Notes under the pieces: generated by a model
What the model was told of the DNA's origin: nothing
The model's database searches: none
The model's input: the letters and a program-made list of their open reading frames with translations, nothing else
Program-made: the position numbers and the translations under genes
Shown: piece by piece, positions 17,314 to 26,070 of the stretch
How the letters are laid out: each line of letters begins with the position of its first letter
How positions within the stretch are numbered: position 1 is the stretch's first letter
NCBI RefSeq assembly: GCF_000284115.1
Contig: NC_017080.1
Span: forward strand, 1,890,001 to 1,922,000
Direction: 5' to 3'
DNA: 32,000 bases
Origin: Phycisphaera mikurensis NBRC 102666
Lineage (GTDB): Bacteria; Planctomycetota; Phycisphaerae; Phycisphaerales; Phycisphaeraceae

Positions 17314-18492
17314 ATGCACCACCTGCTCACCGCCCGCGCCCGCGGCATCGACGCCTCGGGCATCCGCCGCGTCTTCGATCTCGCGGCGAAGATGACCGAC
17401 CCGATCGACCTGTCGATCGGGCAGCCGGATTTCGAGGTGCCCGACGCCGTGCGGCACGCCGCCGTCGGCGCGATGGAGGCGGGGCAAAACCGGTACACGC
17501 CTACCCAGGGCACGGCCCCGCTGCGCGAGGCCCTGACGCGTGCGACGACCACCGAGTTCCCGAGCACGGGCGAGGGCGCGGCCCTGCGCGAGGACCTCGG
17601 CCTGCTCGTCACGTCCGGCGTCTCCGGCGGCCTCACGCTCGCCTTTCTCGCCTGCCTCGGGCCCGGCGACGAGGTGGTCTTTTCCGACCCGGCCTTCGTG
17701 ATGTACCGCCACCTGGCGACCCTCGCGGGAGCGGCCTCGGTCGCGTGCGACACGTACCCGGACTTCCGCCTCACCGCCGACCGCGTCGAGCCGCTGCTGA
17801 CCGAGCGGACGAAGATCGTGGTGGTCAACTCGCCCGGCAACCCCACCGGCGTCTGCAACACCGCCGCCGAGCTGGCCGATCTCGCGACGCTCTGCGCCCG
17901 CCGCGGCGTGCTGCTGATCACCGACGAGATCTACGACGCCTTCACGTACGCCGACGGCGACGGGCAGCCCGCCGCTCCGGGGGGCTTCGTCTCGCCGCTG
18001 TCGGATCCGGCGGTCGATCCCGCCGGCGTGCTGCTGCTCCGCGGCTTCAGCAAGACCTACGGGATGACCGGCTGGCGTCTCGGCCACGCGGTGGGGCCCA
18101 AGCCGGTCGTCGAGGCGATGACGAAGCTGCAGCAGTACACCTTCGTCTGCGCCCCCAGCCCCGCCCAGGCCGCCGGCGTCGCGGCGCTGCGGGCCGACGT
18201 CTCCGCGCACGTCGGCGCGTACGCCAGGAAGCGGGACCGCGTGGTCGAGCGGCTGTCCCCGCGCTTCCGGCTCGCCGCCCCCGGCGGCGCCTTCTACGCC
18301 TTCCCCGAGGTCCCCAAGCACCTCGGTCTCACCGGCACGCGTTTCGTCGAGGCCGCCATCGAGCGGAACGTGCTGGTGATCCCGGGGAGCGTCTTCTCTG
18401 CGCGGGACACGCACTTCCGGCTGTCCTACGCGTGCGGCGAGGCGACGCTGGAGCGGGGGTTGGATGTGTTGTGCGAGTTGGCGGAGGGGTAG
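17314..18492 (+). CDS. Class I/II PLP-dependent aminotransferase (aspartate aminotransferase-like)
   Basis: DPIDLSIGQPDFEVPDAVRHAAV...NRYTPTQGTAPLREAL...VVVNSPGNPTGVCN...ITDEIYDAFTY...GFSKTYGMTGWRLGHAVG. Confidence 0.93.
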   Translation: MHHLLTARARGIDASGIRRVFDLAAKMTDPIDLSIGQPDFEVPDAVRHAAVGAMEAGQNRYTPTQGTAPLREALTRATTTEFPSTGEGAALREDLGLLVTSGVSGGLTLAFLACLGPGDEVVFSDPAFVMYRHLATLAGAASVACDTYPDFRLTADRVEPLLTERTKIVVVNSPGNPTGVCNTAAELADLATLCARRGVLLITDEIYDAFTYADGDGQPAAPGGFVSPLSDPAVDPAGVLLLRGFSKTYGMTGWRLGHAVGPKPVVEAMTKLQQYTFVCAPSPAQAAGVAALRADVSAHVGAYARKRDRVVERLSPRFRLAAPGGAFYAFPEVPKHLGLTGTRFVEAAIERNVLVIPGSVFSARDTHFRLSYACGEATLERGLDVLCELAEG

Positions 18493-18600
18493 GGGAGAAG
18501 AGGCGGAGAGACGGAGAGACGGAGAGGCGGAGAGGCGGAGAGGCGGAGAGGCGGAGAGATGGAGAGGCGGGGAGGCGGAGAGGCGGAGAGGCGGAGACAG
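18493..18600. repeat. Purine-strand tandem array, 8-bp unit AGGCGGAG / AGACGGAG, about 12 copies
   Basis: Directly readable run ...agacggagagacggagaggcggagaggcggagaggcggagaggcggagagatggagaggcggggaggcggag... Confidence 0.95.
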
Positions 18601-18656
18601 GCAGCGCGTCGGCTTCGCCGACCGCTGCCGCTTGCTGTCTTCGTCTCTTCGTCTCT
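18579..18656 (+). other. Nested hairpin / candidate structured RNA element
   Basis: Outer arms 18579-18600 / 18635-18656 pair over 22 nt (18 Watson-Crick + 4 G.U as + strand RNA); inner arms GCAGCG(C)GTCGGC-TTC-GCCGACCGCTGC at 18601-18628. Confidence 0.7.
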
Positions 18657-18780
18657 GCGCGCGGTGCCCGGTTCGGGAGCGCCCACCAGGAGCGGCAAGC
18701 TCGTCCCGGGCCGCTCGCGACCTTCGTCGCGTCTCTTCGTCTCTCGGTCGGCGGAGCCGACGCTCCGGTACCTTCTCTCC

Positions 18781-19920
18781 ATGCCCTGCCCGCCCGACCT
18801 CGCGCAACGCTCGCTCGCGGGCGAGACGTTCCGCCGCTCGCTGCTCGTCTCCCTCCTCGACGACCCCGCGATCGACACGCTCGAGCTGGTCCATCAGGCG
18901 TACCTCGTGCGGCGGCACCACTTCGGCCGCGAGGTGCAGGTCCACGTGCTCAACAACGCGCAGAACGGACGCTGCCCCGAAGACTGCTCGTACTGCACGC
19001 AAGCCAAGACCAGCGAAGCGGGCATCGAGCCCTACGCGATGAAGCCCGCGGGCGAGGTGCTCGCCGAGGCTCAGCGGGCGTACGAGGCGGGCGCCCACCG
19101 CTACTGCATGGTGTTCTCGGGCCGCGGGCCCTCGGCCAAGCGGACCGAGCAGCTCGCGGGGCTGATCCGCGAGGTGAAGGGACGATTCCCCACGCTGGAG
19201 GTCTGCGTCTCCGCGGGCCTGCTCGACGGCCCGAAGGCGGAGGTGCTCGCGGAGGCCGGCCTCGATCGACTCAATCACAACCTCAACACGAGCCCCGAGC
19301 GCTACGGGAAGATCTGCACGACGCACACCCACCAGGACCGCGTCGACACGCTGCGAGCCGCACGGGCCGCGGGCTTGTCGACCTGCTCGGGCTTCATCGC
19401 CGGCATGGGCGAGGACAGCGGCGAGCTGGCCGACCTGTGCCTCCGCTTCCGCGAGCTCGGCACCGACTCGATCCCCGTGAACTTTCTGTTGCCCTTCGAG
19501 GGCAACGTGCTCGAGGATCCGACGGGACTCGACCCGCTCCGCTGCCTGCGGATCCTCTCGGTCGTGCGGCTGACCAACCCCGCCGCCGACGTCCGCTGTG
19601 CCGCCGGCCGCGAGTTCCATCTGCGTTCGCTGGAGGCGTTGTGCCTCCAGCCCGCGAACTCGCTCTTCCTCGACGGCTACCTGAACGGCAAGGGTGCCCA
19701 GCGGAAGCGTGTCTACGCGATGATCCGCGATGCGGGCTTCAGCATCGTCAGCGACGCGAGCACCGTGCAGGAGCTCGCCGACCGCGACGTGCCGGCGGAC
19801 CGCGAGCCCGGCGGCCTCTCCACCCTCACGGTCCGCGGCGAGCGGGCCGTCTTGAAGCAGCCCGCCGAGCTGCGTCCGGCGAAGGCGAAGCCGGAGTCGG
19901 AGCGGACACTCGCCGTTTGA
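18781..19920 (+). CDS. bioB: Biotin synthase (radical SAM)
   Basis: VQVHVLNNAQNGRCPEDCSYCTQAKTS...YRYCM-like HRYCMVFSGRGPS...LNTSPERYGKICTTHTHQDRVDTLRAARAAGLSTCSGFIAGMGE...NSLFLDGYLNGKG. Confidence 0.95.
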   Translation: MPCPPDLAQRSLAGETFRRSLLVSLLDDPAIDTLELVHQAYLVRRHHFGREVQVHVLNNAQNGRCPEDCSYCTQAKTSEAGIEPYAMKPAGEVLAEAQRAYEAGAHRYCMVFSGRGPSAKRTEQLAGLIREVKGRFPTLEVCVSAGLLDGPKAEVLAEAGLDRLNHNLNTSPERYGKICTTHTHQDRVDTLRAARAAGLSTCSGFIAGMGEDSGELADLCLRFRELGTDSIPVNFLLPFEGNVLEDPTGLDPLRCLRILSVVRLTNPAADVRCAAGREFHLRSLEALCLQPANSLFLDGYLNGKGAQRKRVYAMIRDAGFSIVSDASTVQELADRDVPADREPGGLSTLTVRGERAVLKQPAELRPAKAKPESERTLAV

Positions 19921-19934
19921 AGCCGCCGCGGCAA

Positions 19935-19982
19935 CCCGCGGACCGCCAGCCCCGGGGCCGCCTCGGCCCCGCGGTCCGCGGG
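19935..19982. terminator. Strong nested hairpin between convergent bioB and the glycoside hydrolase gene
   Basis: Outer perfect 12-bp arms CCCGCGGACCGC (19935-19946) / GCGGTCCGCGGG (19971-19982); inner perfect 7-bp GGGGCCG (19954-19960) / CGGCCCC (19964-19970). No U-tract. Confidence 0.6.
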
Positions 19983-20082
19983 AACGGGAGCGGCTCGATC
20001 GACGGCCTCATGTCGCTGGCAGGCGTGGAGGGCCCGGCAGCAGGCGACCGGTGGCGCCGAAGACCTCCCCCCAATCGTGGCC

Positions 20083-22125
20083 TCAGCGGGTCCGGGCACG
20101 CCGCCGCCGCCGGCCCAGCAGCAGGACACCGCCGAGCAGGAGGGCGGTGCCGGGCTCCGGCACGGAGACCACGCGGGTGACGGTGAGCGAGGTGGCGGCG
20201 ACGAAGCCGCTGTTGCCGGTGAAGTCCACGTCCAGCACGTTGAGCCCGTCGTTCACCAGCTCGATCGGGACGTCGATGAGGCGGCTCTGGAAGGTGTGGT
20301 CGCCGTCGTCGATGCCGAGCAAGCCGGGGGGCACGCGGAGCCGCTGGCCGTTGAAGACGACCTCGAAGCCTTCGTCCGGCCCGTTGGGCCGGTTGTCGCG
20401 GCTGCCGTAGCTGACCCGCAGCGTGGCCCGGTCGCCCGCTCCCAGCAGCTCCCCGCCGAGATCGGCCACGAGCTCCAGGTCGCCGGTGCGGCCGATGCTG
20501 CGCGTCAGCGGCGTGACGGTGCTGCGGCCATAGAACACCTCCGTGGTGGCGTCGCGGGCGTAGGCGACGTCGTCGGTCAGCGTCAGCGTCAGCACGGCGC
20601 CCTCCTCGCCGCTGAGCGTGAGGTTGCCGAGGCTGCCGGAGACGTCGGCGTCGTCGATGAAGACGTTCCGGCCGCCGGAGCGGTACACGCGGTCGATGGT
20701 CGCGGACGCGACGCCGCCGCCGGCGGCCAGCACGTCGAGGTCCACCGCCTGGTCGCCGTCGAGCAGGTTGTTGAGCAGCACGTACAGCCGGTTCCCGTCG
20801 CGGAAGGCGGCGGTCTGCAGGTCGCCGGTGCTGCCCACGAGGTCGACGTAGTCGCCGCGGACCGGGGCGAGGCTGCGGTACATCGAGCCGAGGATGGTCT
20901 CGCTGTAGTTGCCCGCGGCGTCCCGCTCCCACATCACGTTGTCTGCCGCGGCCCGGGTGGGGCGGCCGGGGCCGTCGTCGAAGTCGACCGGCGCGATGAA
21001 GGGCACGGCGTTGAGGATCGCGTCCGGGCGGTCGAGGAAGACGTGCAGCTTCTCGCGGACGTCGCGGGCGAGCTGCCACTGCAGCTCGTCCCGCGGGGTG
21101 TTGCCGAAGTCGCCGTCGGAGCCCGGGATCGCCTGGTTGAACGAGCCGTACTCGGTGAAGGCGAGCTGCCGGGTGCGTCCGTTGATCCGCTGGTCCTCGG
21201 CCTGGATGAGGTCGATCGTGCCGGCGACGCGGCCGGGGCTCTCGAACAGGGCCTGCACCTGCTCGCCGTTGGCCAGCGTGTCGTAGCGCTCGTAAGGGTG
21301 CAGCGAGAAGAAGTCGGTGTCGTCCCCGGCCCGCTCGAGGAAGGTGCGGACGCTCTGCTGGTTGCGGCCGAAGCCGCCGTCCTCGAAGTGCGTCAGCGCG
21401 AGGCCGGGCCCGCCGATGCTGGCCTGCGGGAAGCGTGCCTTGACCGCCCGTGCGATGTCGCGGTGGTAGTCCGCGAGGTCCTCGGGGGTGAAGCCGTCGC
21501 GGAAGTGCAGGTCGGGCTCGTTCACCAGCTCGATGTGGAAGCGGCTCGGATCCATCGGCAGGTAGGCGTTGGGGCCGTAGACCACCTCCTCGAGGTAGAT
21601 GCCGAGGAACTCGGCGTAGGCGTCGGCCCGCGGCAGCCCGGTGCCGGGCTGGAGCACGTAGGCCGGCCACTTGGTGCCGTAGCGGCCGGACTGCACCAGG
21701 AGCGGATCGGGCGCCGCCCGGATGCCCTCCCACCGCGTCCCGTTCTGCAGGCGGTCCCGGTAGCTGCCCCGCAGCTTCGCCCGCAGGCGGTCGGGGTCGA
21801 TGAAGCCGGGGCGGCTCGGGTCCTCGCGGATCGTCTCGGCGAGCGTCTGGTCGAAATCGGTCGAGCTGCGGCCGGTCACGGTGTTGAGCTCGCCCGGCGC
21901 GTACGTCATCGCCCGCAGGTCGCCGAGGTTGCTGTCCCCCGGCGCCGCGAAGGTCTCCGTGTGCCCGAAGAAGCGGGCGCGGTCGAGCGTGCCGACCCCG
22001 CCGATGGTGCGGCGGGCGGTGGCGTCCACAGTGACCGCCGTCGCGGCTTGGGCGAGGGCCGGAGGCGCGAGGAGGCAGGCGGAAAGGAGCGTGGCGACCG
22101 AAGGAGGAGATGGAAGGGCTTTCAT
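20083..22125 (-). CDS. Secreted glycoside hydrolase, GH86 beta-agarase/porphyranase-like, with PEP-CTERM sorting signal
   Basis: Signal peptide; IGGVGTLDRARFFGH; RFHIELVNEPDLHF (candidate acid/base); QLAFTEYGSFNQ (candidate nucleophile); C-terminal VPEPGTALLLGGVLLLGRRRRRARTR. Family by motif recall only. Confidence 0.65.
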   Translation of the reverse strand: MKALPSPPSVATLLSACLLAPPALAQAATAVTVDATARRTIGGVGTLDRARFFGHTETFAAPGDSNLGDLRAMTYAPGELNTVTGRSSTDFDQTLAETIREDPSRPGFIDPDRLRAKLRGSYRDRLQNGTRWEGIRAAPDPLLVQSGRYGTKWPAYVLQPGTGLPRADAYAEFLGIYLEEVVYGPNAYLPMDPSRFHIELVNEPDLHFRDGFTPEDLADYHRDIARAVKARFPQASIGGPGLALTHFEDGGFGRNQQSVRTFLERAGDDTDFFSLHPYERYDTLANGEQVQALFESPGRVAGTIDLIQAEDQRINGRTRQLAFTEYGSFNQAIPGSDGDFGNTPRDELQWQLARDVREKLHVFLDRPDAILNAVPFIAPVDFDDGPGRPTRAAADNVMWERDAAGNYSETILGSMYRSLAPVRGDYVDLVGSTGDLQTAAFRDGNRLYVLLNNLLDGDQAVDLDVLAAGGGVASATIDRVYRSGGRNVFIDDADVSGSLGNLTLSGEEGAVLTLTLTDDVAYARDATTEVFYGRSTVTPLTRSIGRTGDLELVADLGGELLGAGDRATLRVSYGSRDNRPNGPDEGFEVVFNGQRLRVPPGLLGIDDGDHTFQSRLIDVPIELVNDGLNVLDVDFTGNSGFVAATSLTVTRVVSVPEPGTALLLGGVLLLGRRRRRARTR

Positions 22126-22161
22126 GGCGTGCGGGTGGCGAGAGATGCGGGACCGCCGGAG

Positions 22162-22200
22162 CTTCGATGTCAGCTGTCGATGTCAAATGTCGACAACCGA
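22162..22200 (-). promoter_or_regulatory. Three degenerate 13-bp direct repeats upstream of the GH gene
   Basis: CTTCGATGTCAGC / TGTCGATGTCAAA / TGTCGACAACCGA; third unit contains the 8-bp palindrome TGTCGACA. Confidence 0.4.
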
Positions 22201-22281
22201 ATAGCTTAGCCGGCCCGTGCCGCGCCGCAACCGCCAGCCGCTCCGGCCCGGGAGCGCAGCCCACGACGGACGGAGCTCACC

Positions 22282-22305
22282 GCGTCCGGCGGCCGTCGCG
22301 GACGC
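22282..22305 (-). terminator. Hairpin after cysS (GCGTCCG / CGGACGC)
   Basis: 7-bp perfect arms, 10-nt loop, between cysS stop and the GH start. Confidence 0.3.
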
Positions 22306-22350
22306 AGCCCGCGGACGCCTCGCCGAGAGGAACCCGCCCGGTGGGCTCGC

Positions 22351-23883
<1,533 letters not shown>

Positions 23884-23908
23884 GGCACGAGCGGGGGATG
23901 GGGTGACA

Positions 23909-23939
23909 GCAGCGGTCCATGGAGGACACGGACCGCTGC
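23909..23939 (-). terminator. Perfect 10-bp inverted repeat between infC and cysS
   Basis: GCAGCGGTCC (23909-23918) / GGACCGCTGC (23930-23939), 11-nt loop; 26 nt upstream of the cysS ATG. Confidence 0.4.
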
Positions 23940-23993
23940 GGAGCCCAAATCGGATCCCACACGCCGCTTCCGCGGGAGGGATCGCGTTGGCGT

Positions 23994-24740
23994 CTACGTG
24001 GCGTCCTCGGCTTCGGCGGCGGCGGCGTCGGCGGGATCCTCCGCTTCGTTCTCGGCCCGGGCCATGGCCTGGGCGCGCAGGGCTTCCTGCTCGGCGCGGA
24101 CCTGATCGCGGGTGGGCTTGGGGGCGGCGCGGGTGGCCGACTCCTTCCCGCTCTTGTCCGGCGCGAGGAGCATCGTCATCCGGCGGCCCATCATCTTGGG
24201 GGCCTGCTCGATCTTGCCGACGTCTTCCAGGTCCTCGAAGACGCCCATCATCGTGTTGCGGGCGAGATCGCGGTGGGCCATCTGCCGGCCGCGGAAGAGC
24301 ATCACGAACTGCACCTTGTCGCCGTCATCGAGAAACTCCCGCGCCTTCCTCACCTTGAGGCCGAGGTCGTGGCTGTCGATGTTGGGGCGGAGCCGCATGC
24401 CCTTGAGCTCGCTCTTCTTCGCGTGGCTCTTGGCCTTCTGCTCCTTCTTCTGCTGGGCGTACTTCCACTTCCCGTAGTCCATGATCTTGCACACCGGCGG
24501 GTCGCCGTTGGGCGAGACCTCCACGAGGTCGAGGCCGGCCTCGCGGGCGCGGCGCTTGGCCTCGTCGGTTGCGATGACGCCCACCGCCTCGTCGCCTTCG
24601 CCGATCAGGCGGACGGGCGAGCTGCGGATCTGGTCGTTGACGCGGAGGCGCTTGCCTGTGTCGCGTTGGGGGGGTCGGAAGCCTCGGCGTGCGATGGGAG
24701 CGTTCTCCAGGGTGAGGAACCGCGGCTCGGCCGGGTTCAT
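23994..24740 (-). CDS. infC: Translation initiation factor IF-3 with charged C-terminal extension
   Basis: LRVNDQIRSSPVRLIGEGDEAVGVIATDEAKRRAREAGLDLVEVSPNGDPPVCKIMDYGKWKYAQQKK...KVQFVMLFRGRQMAHRDL. Confidence 0.96.
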   Translation of the reverse strand: MNPAEPRFLTLENAPIARRGFRPPQRDTGKRLRVNDQIRSSPVRLIGEGDEAVGVIATDEAKRRAREAGLDLVEVSPNGDPPVCKIMDYGKWKYAQQKKEQKAKSHAKKSELKGMRLRPNIDSHDLGLKVRKAREFLDDGDKVQFVMLFRGRQMAHRDLARNTMMGVFEDLEDVGKIEQAPKMMGRRMTMLLAPDKSGKESATRAAPKPTRDQVRAEQEALRAQAMARAENEAEDPADAAAAEAEDAT

Positions 24741-24753
24741 GGGGCAGGGACAG

Positions 24754-24784
24754 CAACGCAGCGGGCTCGAGCCCGGCAGCGTTG
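24754..24784 (-). promoter_or_regulatory. infC leader stem with 14-bp perfect palindrome CGGGCTCGAGCCCG inside 6-bp CAACGC/GCGTTG arms
   Basis: Palindrome 24762-24775, outer arms 24754-24759 and 24779-24784; 14-44 nt upstream of the infC ATG. Confidence 0.5.
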
Positions 24785-24951
24785 GCTACGCGCGGAGTCT
24801 AGCCCCGGGCCAAGGACCGATCAAACGGCGAAGCGAGGTCGGGCGACCCCGCCGGAGCCCCGACGCGCGGCCGAGCCGGCCCGTGCTCGGACCGGACCCG
24901 CCGGACGCCGAGCCCCGCGGCGGCGGGAGCCAAGCCTCGGTCCCGGGCTTC

Positions 24952-24990
24952 GCGTGATCCCGATCGGGCGGGGACCGATCGGGATCACGC
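24952..24990. terminator. Perfect 16-bp inverted repeat, 7-nt loop, downstream of the prepilin gene
   Basis: GCGTGATCCCGATCGG (24952-24967) / CCGATCGGGATCACGC (24975-24990), loop GCGGGGA. Confidence 0.7.
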
Positions 24991-25053
24991 CTCCGCAGCG
25001 CAGCAGAGCAGCCGACCCGTGCCGGGCCGGCTGCGGCCGGGATGCCTCGGGCG

Positions 25054-25866
25054 TCAGGGGCTCGACGTGCGGGGGAGCTGGCGGAAGTCCCACTGCGTCC
25101 CGCCGTACCCGCCACCGGGGGCGGCACCGTTGAGCGTGTCCTCGAACTTGGCGATCGAGACGTGCCCGTCGAGGTAGCTGTAGTTGCCCTTCCCGTCGTG
25201 CTGCTCGAGTCGCTCGGGAAACTGGTGGTGGGCGAAGGGCGGCACGTTGGAGTCGAGGAAGTTGCCGACGTGGTTCTGGGCGTCGCCGGCCGCGGTGCGG
25301 GTCCGGTTCTCCGCGAGGCCGATCGTGGTGGTCGCGGACTTCACCTCCGCCAGCCGCGTGGACCAGCCGTTGCCGGAGATGCCCACGGGGTAGGCGTTGG
25401 CGGGGTTGGGGTTGGGGGCGCCCAGCGTGATGCTGTAGCTGCGGATCTGGACCGGGGACGGCGGGGTGCCGAACGCGAAGGCCGGTTCCGAGTCGTCCGA
25501 CGGGCACTTGTAGAAAGAACTGTCCCGCTCCGAGACCCGCAGGAACTGCCGGTTTCGGAGCGTCTGCCCGAGGCTCCCGCGGCCGTCGTAGTCGGCGATG
25601 AGGTCGTCGTACGAGATCGCGAACGTGCCCCCGCCCGGCGCCGTGCCCGCCGGGAAGTGCCCCTCGTTGTCGTCGGTGTACATCATCGTCGCCAGGGTGA
25701 TCTGGCGGATGCCCGAGGCGCAGGCGATCTGGCGGGCGGTGGCGCGGGCGGCGCCCAGCGCGGGCAGCAGGATGCCGATCAAGAGGGCGATGATGGAGAT
25801 CACCACCAAGAGCTCGATGAGCGTGAAGCCGGAAGGAACGCGGGGCGGTGCGGAAGTTTTGGACAT
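25054..25866 (-). CDS. Prepilin-type N-terminal cleavage/methylation domain protein (H-X9-DG class)
   Basis: [49 protein letters not shown]...EQHDGKGNYSYLDGHVSIAKFED. Trimmed from the ORF-track entry 25054..27015. Confidence 0.92.
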   Translation of the reverse strand: MSKTSAPPRVPSGFTLIELLVVISIIALLIGILLPALGAARATARQIACASGIRQITLATMMYTDDNEGHFPAGTAPGGGTFAISYDDLIADYDGRGSLGQTLRNRQFLRVSERDSSFYKCPSDDSEPAFAFGTPPSPVQIRSYSITLGAPNPNPANAYPVGISGNGWSTRLAEVKSATTTIGLAENRTRTAAGDAQNHVGNFLDSNVPPFAHHQFPERLEQHDGKGNYSYLDGHVSIAKFEDTLNGAAPGGGYGGTQWDFRQLPRTSSP

Positions 25867-25977
25867 GGGTGCCTGGTGAAGAGGGCCGGAGAGGCCGGAG
25901 GAGGAAAATCTTGAACGACCCGGCAACGGCGGAAGAGCCGGAACCGGGCACATTCCATGGTAGCAGGCGACGTGAAG

Positions 25978-25989
25978 ATTGTCTACAAT
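25978..25989. promoter_or_regulatory. Palindromic site ATTGTCTACAAT between the divergent prepilin and lacI-family genes
   Basis: ATTGT-CT-ACAAT, within an AT-richer patch 82 nt upstream of the GTG start at 26071. Confidence 0.4.
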
Positions 25990-26070
25990 ATGCCGTCGAT
26001 CGTCGGCAAGATCGGTCGATCGGCCCACCCGCTCCGGTGGCACGCCGCGGCGGCCTTTAGAGTCGTGCGC

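Noticed and set aside
18493-18600. CRISPR array
   Set aside because: Unit is 8 bp, contiguous, without unique spacers; no cas genes nearby.
17308-19620. 770-aa minus-strand ORF through the satellite array
   Set aside because: LSASPPLRLSASPPL-type peptide is the translation of the 8-bp repeat; flanks are antisense to confident genes.
17223-20180. 985-aa plus-strand ORF spanning the aminotransferase, repeat array and bioB
   Set aside because: Alternative frame across two confident genes; the open frame through the repeat reflects its 8-bp unit and lack of T.
19826-22264. 812-aa and 710-aa plus-strand ORFs opposite the GH gene
   Set aside because: The minus-strand frame has signal peptide, catalytic-type motifs and PEP-CTERM tail; the plus frames have none.
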